In this document: in pieces, positions 50,131-59,692 of the stretch
Layout: each line of letters begins with the position of its first letter
Numbering within the stretch: the stretch's first letter is position 1
DNA from: Bacteroidia bacterium
Lineage (GTDB): Bacteria > Bacteroidota > Bacteroidia > M30B66
DNA: 64,000 nucleotides
Direction of reading: 5' to 3'
Assembly (NCBI GenBank): GCA_965279035.1
Contig: OZ257142.1
Location: 3,168,001-3,232,000 of the forward strand
Translations under genes and position numbers: made by a program
Notes under the pieces: generated by a model
What the model was told of the DNA's origin: nothing
Database searches by the model: none
The model's input: the letters and a program-made list of their open reading frames with translations, nothing else

Positions 50131-53100
50131 TTAATCAAGCACCATTACAGCACCTCGTTTATCATACGAAGATCCATCGGGAAGTTTAAATCGTATTCGA
50201 TAAACATAGATTCCGGTTTCAACAATCGCCGACATATATTTCCCATCCCATGGTTTTGTGGGATCTTTCGTATAAAATAATTGTTCACCCCATCGGTTAT
50301 AAATCATGAATTCGTGATCGATTGCTAACTTTTCATAAAGTCCAATGGGTTTGAACTTCGAATTAAATCCAATTTCTCCCGGTCGGAAGGCTGAAGGAAT
50401 ATAAATCGTTGGTTTTTGAATAACGCACACACGATTACTAATACTTGTATCTCTAAAATTATACTGATTTCCATTTTGCTCAATCGCTCGAACATAATAA
50501 CAGAACTCAAGTAGCGTATCTACCATATCTACCACTACATCACGGTAAGTTGAATCCAAGGCATTGTCTTCTAAAAATGCGTATGTATTTCCACCATCAA
50601 CAGATCGAAATACTTCATAATTCAAAACCCCTGCATCCCATTGAGCATAAGTGTTCCATTGGATTTTATTGACAAATCCATCCAGAGCAGTTCCTTGTAA
50701 CAATATTGTTCTGCCATCATTCGATTGTCCTGAAGCATTATCGCATTTATCAATAAGTTGATATTGATAGATGTAACTCTGCAGGTTGGTGCTTACATCG
50801 ATATCGGTATAATCTACAAAAGCTGTTAAAGGTGGAATGACAGAATTAAAAACGGGAACAAAAGTTCCTCCAGGATATGTGGCACGCAAAACACGGTAAG
50901 AAACAATGTCGGATGCAGTATCGATATAACATTTTGAATAGGCTGCACCACTTGTTAATACTGTAGCTTTACGTAAATAAGCAAATTCAGGAAGATCTTG
51001 AACATCGGCACTAAAACAAATTTGATTGGATGTGCTACTTGCATGTAAAGAAGAAAAAACAGCTTGAACATAAAAACAATACGTTTCTTCAGGAATGAGA
51101 TTGGATACACTAAATGAAGGAGTTGTTCCGGGTGAAGAACCTACTAAACTAAAATTCCCAACCCCCACTTTTTGATAAATCTGATAGGAATCGGGTTGAG
51201 GATTCCATCCCTGATATCCAGTCCAACTTAAATCAACGCGATTTAAACAGGAAAATAAATCGAATTGCATGTACATAGTACTATGTGCAACAGATTTAAT
51301 ACTCAGATTATTGCAATTATCAATGGCTGCAACTTGATAGGTGATTGGTCCTGCATTGGGATTTAATCCAGTTGATGTAAACGAAGTTGAATGAATTCCA
51401 TAAACGGTATCAACTTGCACAACACTTCCGTTGACTAGTTGATACACCACGTATGCACGCGTATCGGATGAAGTAGATTCTTCCCAACCTATTTCAACGT
51501 TGTTTCCCACAAACTGAACGGTAATGGAATCAAGAAAAGGAGTTTCGGGTGCATCATCATTACTAAACTCACCTCCTGCCCTATTCGAATGTGAAATACA
51601 TCCAATTGCATCGGAGATTTGCACCTTGTAATAAATTTCCTTGAGACAACCCACCATGGAATCTTGGGCAGCACTCACATTGGTATTGACATAGAAAGCA
51701 GGAACAGCAGGAACAAATTCTCGATCGACGCGATAAGGCAATTGAGTGGAGGCAAGAAGAGGAGATGATAGTGGGTTCCAATCCAAATCGATATGCCCCG
51801 AACCGGCATCCGTAACACTTAAGAATATGCTTTGTAAGGTATCAACAGCAGCAGAAAAAACTTGCCCACCACATCCTGAACGCGTCCGTATATAATAATA
51901 AACCGAATGAGCATTGGCATTTGCACCTACGTGCGTATAGGTGTTCTGACCGAGCACAAAGAAACTATCGACAACGGTAAAAGGTCCATTGGGACTTGTT
52001 CCACTAAAAAGATGGTAACTATTAAATAATCCATCTGGATCGCTAGAAAGTGGAACCCAAGTTAAAGTCACATCCCCATTTGGTTGAACATCGACACAGT
52101 GCAATGGTGGTGAAGGAAGAGTTGGCGGAGCAGTTACGACAACTGAAATGGTTGCTATATGATATGCAGGAGCAGGACAATAATCATCCTGGAAGGTGAG
52201 TACAAATGTGTGTGTATTAGATGGAACATAGCAATCGTTTAAAATGGCAATATGATCACAGCTAGTTTGCCAATTGAATGTGATTACTTGATTATTTGCA
52301 AGAATGACTGGGGGTGCAGGTGTTAAAGTAGCGCAAGGAGGGTTGGTACATCCCGAATTAGGATCAGAAAAGCCCGAACCAAATTGTCCACCTGATGCAT
52401 CTACATGAATTGTTTGTGGAATACCTATTGGTAAAAATTCATTGTCAGTAGCTGTGATGGTAAAGTTTACGAGATCGCCCGCTTGCACTGTGGTAGTAAA
52501 GGATGTTTGAAGCCCGGTACCAGGATCATTAAAAGGTGCTGTAACAGTTGGAGAAGAATTGATACCACAAGCTAAAATTACAACTTGAATTTCTCGGTAA
52601 ATTTCAGCTATGAGCTGTCCACATCGATAGGATCTTACTCGAACTACTGTTACGAAATTTCCTGTATAGTTGGGTAAAAATGAAATTTCGCCACTTACAC
52701 TATTAATTGTTGCAGGAACACTTCCATTTTGTCCAGGACCTGGGAAAGGTGAATTTACTGAATAAGCCGTTTGAAAAGTTAACTCTGGTGGACTGGTAGA
52801 AGTAAAATCGGCACCATTTAGCCAATCAAGCGGAGCAGCGAATGAATATTCGAGGGAATCTTTATCAGGATCATATGCATTGTGATTGTATGTAAACTGA
52901 TTTCCAGCACAAATAATAGTTGCAGGACGTTGTGTAAATACTGGGGATGAATCAAAACATGGAGAAGTATTCGTTCCATTATAAGGATACATAATAGCCC
53001 GTAAAGTAAATCCGGTAGCATTGGGGCTTATAATCAGATTACTAATAGCAGCATTTCGACAACATCCATCGAATGTAAATACCCAACCTTGTGGAGGGGG

Positions 53101-53454
53101 ATTTCCTCCAAGTGAAATGGAATTTGATCGAAATACAAATTCTTCAACTGCTCCATTACCTCCTCCGGCGCATGAGATAGTAGGTCCAGAACCATTGCAT
53201 TGAGGTGAAATATCAGTTTGACTTATTAAAGTCATTGGAATTCCTACTACAGTTGGATGATTGTGAACACGTAACCCAACTGGGAATTGAAGAGGTACTC
53301 CATTGCAATCTCGGTAAAGTTTTAAAGTAAAAATATAATTTCCATTGCCCTGGCATTGCCAAGTTATTTCTCCTCCCATCAAGTGAGTTGCATGCAATTC
53401 TGTTGAAAATTGCACGATGATGACGAAAATTATGAATTGAACAATGGATTTCAT
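50131..53454 (-). CDS. Secreted protein with FN3/Ig-like repeats and T9SS type B CTD
   Basis: Signal peptide, 'ATHLMGGEITW.C...YRDC', repeated 'L.W......YQ(V/I)Y...Y.V.A' modules, CTD 'YIPSAF.P...IYNRWGE..F...WDG...GIYVY'. Confidence 0.88.
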   Translation of the reverse strand: MKSIVQFIIFVIIVQFSTELHATHLMGGEITWQCQGNGNYIFTLKLYRDCNGVPLQFPVGLRVHNHPTVVGIPMTLISQTDISPQCNGSGPTISCAGGGNGAVEEFVFRSNSISLGGNPPPQGWVFTFDGCCRNAAISNLIISPNATGFTLRAIMYPYNGTNTSPCFDSSPVFTQRPATIICAGNQFTYNHNAYDPDKDSLEYSFAAPLDWLNGADFTSTSPPELTFQTAYSVNSPFPGPGQNGSVPATINSVSGEISFLPNYTGNFVTVVRVRSYRCGQLIAEIYREIQVVILACGINSSPTVTAPFNDPGTGLQTSFTTTVQAGDLVNFTITATDNEFLPIGIPQTIHVDASGGQFGSGFSDPNSGCTNPPCATLTPAPPVILANNQVITFNWQTSCDHIAILNDCYVPSNTHTFVLTFQDDYCPAPAYHIATISVVVTAPPTLPSPPLHCVDVQPNGDVTLTWVPLSSDPDGLFNSYHLFSGTSPNGPFTVVDSFFVLGQNTYTHVGANANAHSVYYYIRTRSGCGGQVFSAAVDTLQSIFLSVTDAGSGHIDLDWNPLSSPLLASTQLPYRVDREFVPAVPAFYVNTNVSAAQDSMVGCLKEIYYKVQISDAIGCISHSNRAGGEFSNDDAPETPFLDSITVQFVGNNVEIGWEESTSSDTRAYVVYQLVNGSVVQVDTVYGIHSTSFTSTGLNPNAGPITYQVAAIDNCNNLSIKSVAHSTMYMQFDLFSCLNRVDLSWTGYQGWNPQPDSYQIYQKVGVGNFSLVGSSPGTTPSFSVSNLIPEETYCFYVQAVFSSLHASSTSNQICFSADVQDLPEFAYLRKATVLTSGAAYSKCYIDTASDIVSYRVLRATYPGGTFVPVFNSVIPPLTAFVDYTDIDVSTNLQSYIYQYQLIDKCDNASGQSNDGRTILLQGTALDGFVNKIQWNTYAQWDAGVLNYEVFRSVDGGNTYAFLEDNALDSTYRDVVVDMVDTLLEFCYYVRAIEQNGNQYNFRDTSISNRVCVIQKPTIYIPSAFRPGEIGFNSKFKPIGLYEKLAIDHEFMIYNRWGEQLFYTKDPTKPWDGKYMSAIVETGIYVYRIRFKLPDGSSYDKRGAVMVLD

Positions 53455-53577
53455 TCTCCGTAAATTTAGAAAAGAAATTAAGGTGATTCAATATTTGAGA
53501 AATGAGAGTGCTTGGGACGAAAATTTCTTATTTTTACCCATGAGGGTTCAATGGAAGCCAATCAATTTTAGAATCGC

Positions 53578-56553
53578 ATGAAACACATTTCCTTGAAATT
53601 TTTCGTATTTGCTTGGTTCACTCTCTTTGCTATTGTTCATTCAGAAGCTCAAAGCACACTCGTTTATACCGAAGATTTTGAAAATGGCTCGGGTGCATTT
53701 GGCTTAAACACCAGCGCTGAAGTAGGAACAAATACAGGTCAGAATTTTTGGGTTGTAAATGCTGAATATTCTGGAGCGTCTTTATTCCCAAATACAATAA
53801 GTCAAGACAGTACAACTGGTGGTTTGATCAATTTTGCTCCATTTAGTAATTATCTTCATATCACCGATTCGGTGGCTGCAGCTACCCAAAATATTTCGAA
53901 TGCCAATTTTAGTACAACAGATGCTTCTGATCGATTTACTTCAACAACGAGTTTTTGTACCCTTGGTTTAGATAGTGTTCGTATTGCTTTTTATTATACC
54001 TGTGTTGGTAATCCTGGAGCGAGTGCACAATTGTTTTCGCAATCGGATGGTGGACCCTGGACTGCTGTTCCTGGTGCCGTTTTTAACAATGTTAGCCATT
54101 GGAATTACATCGAATTTTATGATGAGGCTTTTGACAATAAAAACAATTTGCGCTTTGGATTCCGATGGACAAATGATGGTAGTGGAGGCGTTCCAACCGT
54201 GTCGATGGGTATTGATGGAGTTAGAATCGTTGGAAATTATACACCTGAACTTTACAATGTTCGCTTAGAATTGGATAGCATTACACCCAATCCTGTTTGT
54301 CGAGGAGATGGGGTATTATTATTTTTCAGCAACCCAGTTCCATTGTGTGGTACAGGATTTTACGAAGTACAATTCTCTAATGAATTCAGTGATTTTACAA
54401 ATTATACTTCCTTGGGGATTTTTCAATTGAATAATCAAAATTCCCAACAAATCCTGTTTACATTGCCGGTTCCTAGCAATCTAAATCCCAATCCCTGTTA
54501 TCGATTAAGAGTTATGCGGATTGATGTTTTTCCGATTGTTGTTTCCGATACGAGTATTTGTATTCAAGTTGAAAGTTGCCCGAATCAAATAATCACGCTT
54601 CAACCTGCAGTCCTTTTAAATCCAACAGATACTTTATGCGTTGGAAGTGTGATTGATGTTCCTTTTTACTCATTAGGAGTATTTCTTAACAATACATACA
54701 TCGCCCAATTATCCGATTCTAACGGTTTATTTCCTGCAAATCCAAATGTATTGGGATTTGTCAATGACAATACAACTTATCCACCAGGAACAATCCCCAA
54801 AGGAAATGTACCAGGATTAGTAAGGGCTCAAAATCAACCTATTCCACCAGGATGCAATTATTATATTCGGGTTATTTCTAGCAGTCCTTCCACAATTGGA
54901 AGTGTATACGGTCCATTTTGTATTCGAGATTGTGATATAGAAACCAACCAAAAGCAAGACGTAAAATTTTGCATTGATGATGTTCATGGCGGCGATACTT
55001 TACTCACTGTAGATATTGGAGTATATCCACCAGAAGCTACCTATACTCCACCCAATGAATTTCAAATTCAGCTTTTAGATTTTCAATCATTTGGTGTATT
55101 AAGTACTGGAGTAGTTGGCTCTGTTGTAGCAATCAATGACACAACGGTTCAATTAATCATTCCTAATTTGCCCAATTTGTTTACGGTTGGATTAATTCCC
55201 GGGAATTACTACATGCGAATAGTAGCAACGAATTCGGATCAACCGTGGGATTTATCTGGCACTTTAGTTCGTCTTACCATTGGAGCTCCGAATCCTTCAC
55301 CCCTATCTATTGGCATTATTGATATCAATACGTTTTTAAATGTTTCGTTTGATGGTGACACCACCATTTGTGTGAATGATGCCATTTACTTTTTGTTAAG
55401 TCCTTACAACTTCTCCTCTTCTTATGTTTGGTCGCTGAATAACGATCCTAGTTTTTTCGAAGGTGGTCCTTATAATCCCATATTGTTTAATGGAATTGGC
55501 GATTATACATTAGGTGTTACTGAAACAAACTTTGGTTGTGTTGGACCTGGATCCAGTCAAGCAGTAGTTCATGTTCAAGGTTTTCCTAGCGCCACGGTGA
55601 TAGGTCCTTTTCAAGCTTGTTTAGGTGATACGGTATCCTACACAGTTCCGTTAAATCAAAACACCTATTATTCTTGGAATGTAAATCCAGGAATAATTGT
55701 CGATTCATTGAGTAATACAGCAGAAATTTATTTCCCAATTAGTGGTACTACTACCATTAATATGCAAGCGGTTAATCAATGTGGAGCTCAATCTTCAACA
55801 AAGTCAATTCAGGTAAGACAACCGCCCAATGTTGTTACTAGCAACGATACCACTATTTGTTTCGAGCAAGAAGTTGCACTAAGTACACCCGAAGGAACTA
55901 ATTACAATTTTTTCTGGTCCGAAAACGGGCAACAAATTTCGCAAGACCGAGTAATAACAGTACATCCAGATTCAACAACAACCTATGTTATACGGGCAAC
56001 TAACTTTGGAAATCTAGCTTGCGAATCGGCCGATACAGTTGTTGTAATTGTGCAATATCCTGATACAGGAAATGTAAAAACGATTGATGTGTGTGAAGGC
56101 GAGCAAGCTGTTTTGCAATCGGATACTGTTGGTATTTCTTATATCTGGAGTAATGGAATGAATACACAATCAATAGCAGTAAGTGATAGTGGTTGGTATT
56201 ATGTACTCATTATTCAGAATAACGAATTGTGTCCGATGATTGATTCATTTAAAGTCAATGTAAAAGTTTGTTATCAGCCACTGGATTTACCCAATGTGTT
56301 TTCGCCGAATGGAGATGGAATGAATGATGTGTTCACTCCTGGTCAAACCTATATGTACGATAAATTCAGCATTGAGATTTATAACCGATGGGGCTTGAAA
56401 GTATATGAATCGGTGAATCCGTATTTCGAATGGAATGGAATTGATTTACATGGTAATAAACTTCCAGATGGCACCTATTTCTACATTGCCAAATTAGAAC
56501 ACCACGAAAATTCAGATTTACAAAAAGGTACTGTAACGATACTTGGAAAATAA
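53578..56553 (+). CDS. Secreted Ig-like repeat protein with T9SS type B CTD
   Basis: Signal peptide, 'EDFENG' N-terminal domain, Cys-paired Ig-like repeats, CTD 'LPNVFSPNGDGMND...IYNRWG...LPDGTYFY'. Confidence 0.9.
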   Translation: MKHISLKFFVFAWFTLFAIVHSEAQSTLVYTEDFENGSGAFGLNTSAEVGTNTGQNFWVVNAEYSGASLFPNTISQDSTTGGLINFAPFSNYLHITDSVAAATQNISNANFSTTDASDRFTSTTSFCTLGLDSVRIAFYYTCVGNPGASAQLFSQSDGGPWTAVPGAVFNNVSHWNYIEFYDEAFDNKNNLRFGFRWTNDGSGGVPTVSMGIDGVRIVGNYTPELYNVRLELDSITPNPVCRGDGVLLFFSNPVPLCGTGFYEVQFSNEFSDFTNYTSLGIFQLNNQNSQQILFTLPVPSNLNPNPCYRLRVMRIDVFPIVVSDTSICIQVESCPNQIITLQPAVLLNPTDTLCVGSVIDVPFYSLGVFLNNTYIAQLSDSNGLFPANPNVLGFVNDNTTYPPGTIPKGNVPGLVRAQNQPIPPGCNYYIRVISSSPSTIGSVYGPFCIRDCDIETNQKQDVKFCIDDVHGGDTLLTVDIGVYPPEATYTPPNEFQIQLLDFQSFGVLSTGVVGSVVAINDTTVQLIIPNLPNLFTVGLIPGNYYMRIVATNSDQPWDLSGTLVRLTIGAPNPSPLSIGIIDINTFLNVSFDGDTTICVNDAIYFLLSPYNFSSSYVWSLNNDPSFFEGGPYNPILFNGIGDYTLGVTETNFGCVGPGSSQAVVHVQGFPSATVIGPFQACLGDTVSYTVPLNQNTYYSWNVNPGIIVDSLSNTAEIYFPISGTTTINMQAVNQCGAQSSTKSIQVRQPPNVVTSNDTTICFEQEVALSTPEGTNYNFFWSENGQQISQDRVITVHPDSTTTYVIRATNFGNLACESADTVVVIVQYPDTGNVKTIDVCEGEQAVLQSDTVGISYIWSNGMNTQSIAVSDSGWYYVLIIQNNELCPMIDSFKVNVKVCYQPLDLPNVFSPNGDGMNDVFTPGQTYMYDKFSIEIYNRWGLKVYESVNPYFEWNGIDLHGNKLPDGTYFYIAKLEHHENSDLQKGTVTILGK

Positions 56554-56556
56554 AAG

Positions 56557-56582
56557 AAAAAGGAGGGAAATCCCTCCTTTTT
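56557..56582. terminator. Bidirectional terminator
   Basis: AAAAAGGAGGGA-AA-TCCCTCCTTTTT. Confidence 0.8.
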
Positions 56583-57061
56583 TATTTTTTCATTCCTGCT
56601 AAATATGCTGCTTTGATTGGTATTTCGAGAACAATTTCGGAGCGATAAGGTATGCTTCCTTGAGTTGCAGGAACAAATTCAAGTTTGCCTAATTCTGCAA
56701 CCAATTGTTCATCTATTCCATATCCAACATTGCTAATTGAATATACCTGTTGCACCTTTCCGTCGAAATTAACTTTGAACCCAACCATTGCATTAGCAAC
56801 CAAATTGGCACTAACTGCTTCTGGAGAAATGCTGATATGATTATATAAAAAACTGAATAAAGAATCCTCCCCTTCGATAAAAAAAGCTTCGTGATTCGCT
56901 ATGTCGAAATTGACATCATAGTTTTTTCCTTTCTCTAGAATCTTTTGTTCTGTATCCGTTTTTTGGGCCTTAAACGAGGTGGAGGTTTCGGGTTGTGCCC
57001 AAACTGATTGTCCTATGAATAAAAGGAGAATTGGTGAAACGTGATTTAAATAAAATTTCAT
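56582..57061 (-). CDS. TonB C-terminal domain protein
   Basis: Signal peptide; 'F..G...L..FL...I..SPEA', 'VGFKVNFDGKV', 'VGYGIDE', 'FVPA.Q...P......IPI'. Confidence 0.7.
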   Translation of the reverse strand: MKFYLNHVSPILLLFIGQSVWAQPETSTSFKAQKTDTEQKILEKGKNYDVNFDIANHEAFFIEGEDSLFSFLYNHISISPEAVSANLVANAMVGFKVNFDGKVQQVYSISNVGYGIDEQLVAELGKLEFVPATQGSIPYRSEIVLEIPIKAAYLAGMKK

Positions 57062-57145
57062 CGGAGAATCAATTGTTGTGTGAACAAAAATAGATTTAGA
57101 TGCGACATATAAAACCCATTTGTAAGATTTCTACAACTATTTCGT

Positions 57146-58027
57146 TCAACCACGCTTTCCTCGAACATGCTTTTCTATTTCATCCCACATCGGTGCAGGA
57201 ACATGTTCTAGGTTATTAAATTCTCCTCCACCTTGCAGCCATTCTCCACCATCAATCGTTACCACTTCTCCATTGACAAAACCAGCGAAATCTGAAATGA
57301 GATAAGCAGCCAAATTGGCTAATTCGGGATGTTCACCAAAGCGTTTTAATGGTATACGAGCTAAAGGATCTATTTTTTTAGCAAGCTCAGCAGGAAATAA
57401 TCGACTCCAAGCTCCTTCGGTTGGAAATGGCCCAGGAGCAATGGCATTACTTCGGATTCCGTATTTAGCCCATTCAACAGCTAAACTTCTCGTTAATGCT
57501 AACACACCTGCTTTTGCCGTTGCTGAAGGAACAACGTATCCAGATCCTGTCCATGCATAGGTTGTAACAATATTGAGAAATGTTCCGTGGATTTTTTCTT
57601 CAATCCATCGTTTTCCAACTGCCAAGGTGCAGTTATAGGAACCTTTCAAAACGATGTCTACAATAGTGTCAAATGCTTTGTGACTTAAGCGTTCGGTAGG
57701 ACTGATGAAGTTTCCAGCAGCATTATTCAACCAAACATTTAATGGACCGAGTTCAGCCCATGCTTTATCGATTGCAGCTTCTACTTCCTCCATTTTACGC
57801 ACATCACACACAGCATAACGTATAAATCCTCCTGTTTCTTTTTCTAATTCAGCACAAGTATTTTTTAGTACATCTTCTTTTCTGCTTGTGATTAAAACGC
57901 GAGCACCTAATTGTAAAAATGTTTTTGTCATGGATCTACCTAGTCCGGTTCCACCGCCAGTTACAACAATGTTTTTTCCAGCTAAAGCATTTTCGCGCAA
58001 CATCAATCGGGTTTCGGGTTGATTCAT
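57146..58027 (-). CDS. SDR oxidoreductase, 2,4-dienoyl-CoA reductase-like
   Basis: 'TGGGTGLG', 'NNAAGNFISPTERLS', 'SATAKAGV', 'IAPGPFPT', 'IDGGEWL'. Confidence 0.88.
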   Translation of the reverse strand: MNQPETRLMLRENALAGKNIVVTGGGTGLGRSMTKTFLQLGARVLITSRKEDVLKNTCAELEKETGGFIRYAVCDVRKMEEVEAAIDKAWAELGPLNVWLNNAAGNFISPTERLSHKAFDTIVDIVLKGSYNCTLAVGKRWIEEKIHGTFLNIVTTYAWTGSGYVVPSATAKAGVLALTRSLAVEWAKYGIRSNAIAPGPFPTEGAWSRLFPAELAKKIDPLARIPLKRFGEHPELANLAAYLISDFAGFVNGEVVTIDGGEWLQGGGEFNNLEHVPAPMWDEIEKHVRGKRG

Positions 58028-58082
58028 GATTTTCTTGGCATTATGTTTGGGAATTCAAACGTACAAAAAACCTAGGCTTATC

Positions 58083-58799
58083 ATGATGTTTCGACTTCTT
58101 TTAGCTGCTTTATTTACACAAGCAGCTTTTTTTTCGTTTGCCCAATCGGCTTCTCTCACATTAACATTACAAGACAGTAGTTTATTTACGGCCGAGCTCA
58201 ATGGAGTTTCTTATTCCGATCCCTCGAATATCATGAATATTTCAAAGTTAAATCCTGGATCGCAAACCTTGAAAGTGATCAAGCTTATGCAAATGGGAAA
58301 TTCAATTATCAAAAAGCCAGTATTTGATGGTCAAATAAATCTTCCGGCAGGAAAAACTACAGTAGCGTATATCGATCGCTATAATCAGTTTAGAATTAAC
58401 TCTACCAATGCTGAAACATCACAGCAATCAACTCAATCGAATACTCAAAACAACCTTCCCTATTTTGTCCCTAATCCGAATGCTATCAAGGCTTATACTC
58501 AGCCTACAACGAATTCAATGGGAATGAATAATAATCAGTTTGCTGGACAGATCGAAACATTGAAATCGATTAATCAAGAAAACAAACGATACACTACAGC
58601 CAAAGGATTTATTTCGTTAGGCACTTATACATCGAACCAGATCGCAGAAATGATGTTGACTCTTTCGAACGAACACAATCGAATTTTACTCGCCGACAAT
58701 AGTTATCAATATGCTACCGATAAAGAAAATTACGGTGTAGTTTTTAATGCATTACGCAGACCATCGAGTGTTCGAAGATTAACGAGAAGATTGAATTAA
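58083..58799 (+). CDS. Exported DUF4476-like protein
   Basis: Signal peptide from ATG 58083; C-terminal 'R...AK.......TS.QI..M......E..R..LA...Y....DKENY..V..AL'. Confidence 0.7.
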   Translation: MMFRLLLAALFTQAAFFSFAQSASLTLTLQDSSLFTAELNGVSYSDPSNIMNISKLNPGSQTLKVIKLMQMGNSIIKKPVFDGQINLPAGKTTVAYIDRYNQFRINSTNAETSQQSTQSNTQNNLPYFVPNPNAIKAYTQPTTNSMGMNNNQFAGQIETLKSINQENKRYTTAKGFISLGTYTSNQIAEMMLTLSNEHNRILLADNSYQYATDKENYGVVFNALRRPSSVRRLTRRLN

Positions 58800-58815
58800 T
58801 AAGAACCTCTATCAG

Positions 58816-58842
58816 AAGCCACATCGAACATGTGGCTTTTTT
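58816..58842. terminator. Terminator between convergent genes
   Basis: AAGCCACAT-CGAAC-ATGTGGCTTTTTT. Confidence 0.75.
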
Positions 58843-58845
58843 ATT

Positions 58846-59622
58846 TTATGATTTCGTCTTGGCTTCGTTCCAATATTTGTCCATTTCTTCCAAAGTCATT
58901 TCATCCAATTTCTTTCCTGCTTTTCCCGATTCAACTTCCAAGTATTGAAATCGTTTGATGAATTTTCGATTGGTTTTTTCTAAAGCATCTTCGGGGATAA
59001 TATTTTTAAAACGAGCATAATTGATAAATGAGAAAAGTAAATCACCAAATTCCTCTTCCATCTTTTGTTGATCCCCTTTTTCAGCTTCAATTTTAAATTC
59101 TTGAAGTTCCTCCATCACCTTATCCCAAACTTGACTTTCTTCATCCCAATCGAATCCAACACCACGCGCTTTTTCTTGAATTCGAGTTGCTTTGATCATT
59201 GATGGTAATGAAACAGGAACTCCACTTAAAACAGATCGATTGCCTTCGCTGAGTTTAATTTTCTCCCAATTTTCTTTTACCTCTTTTTCATCTTGTACTA
59301 CAACATCTCCATAAATATGAGGATGTCGACGAATGAGTTTGTCGCAAAGTTGATTAATCACTTGGGCAATATCAAAATCGTTCGATTCCGAACCAATGCG
59401 CGCATAAAACACAATATGCAATAAAACATCACCTAGTTCTTTGGCTATTTCGGGCATGTTGCCGCTGAGTATTGCATCCGAAAGTTCATAGGTTTCTTCG
59501 ATGGTTAAATGTCGAAGCGACTCAAGTGTTTGTTTTTTATCCCAAGGACATTTCTCACGTAACTCGTCCATAATCGTAAGAAGACGCGTAAAAGATTCTT
59601 CTTTTTCCTTTTGTGATGACAT
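58846..59622 (-). CDS. mazG: Nucleoside triphosphate pyrophosphohydrolase
   Basis: 'LREKCPWDKKQT', 'EETYEL', 'ELGDVLLH', 'KLIRRHPHIYG', 'EEFGDLLF'. Confidence 0.96.
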   Translation of the reverse strand: MSSQKEKEESFTRLLTIMDELREKCPWDKKQTLESLRHLTIEETYELSDAILSGNMPEIAKELGDVLLHIVFYARIGSESNDFDIAQVINQLCDKLIRRHPHIYGDVVVQDEKEVKENWEKIKLSEGNRSVLSGVPVSLPSMIKATRIQEKARGVGFDWDEESQVWDKVMEELQEFKIEAEKGDQQKMEEEFGDLLFSFINYARFKNIIPEDALEKTNRKFIKRFQYLEVESGKAGKKLDEMTLEEMDKYWNEAKTKS

Positions 59623-59648
59623 ACGAAAAAGCCCTGCGTTTTTGTTTT

Positions 59649-59656
59649 TACATTTG
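59649..59656 (+). promoter_or_regulatory. Putative -7 promoter element
   Basis: TACATTTG upstream of ATG 59693. Confidence 0.5.
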
Positions 59657-59692
59657 TGCTCGATGACAAAGCAGCGCTATTTGCAAAAGTAC

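Noticed and set aside
50027-50131. tRNA as the integration site of a genomic island
   Set aside because: No integrase and no duplicated tRNA 3' end seen; the tRNA is followed directly by a terminator and an ordinary T9SS cargo gene
18100-58830. Recurring ATCGAA(C) in several intergenic regions as a regulator box
   Set aside because: TCGA-containing words are also common in coding DNA here, there is no consistent dyad or spacing, and enrichment cannot be shown without computation
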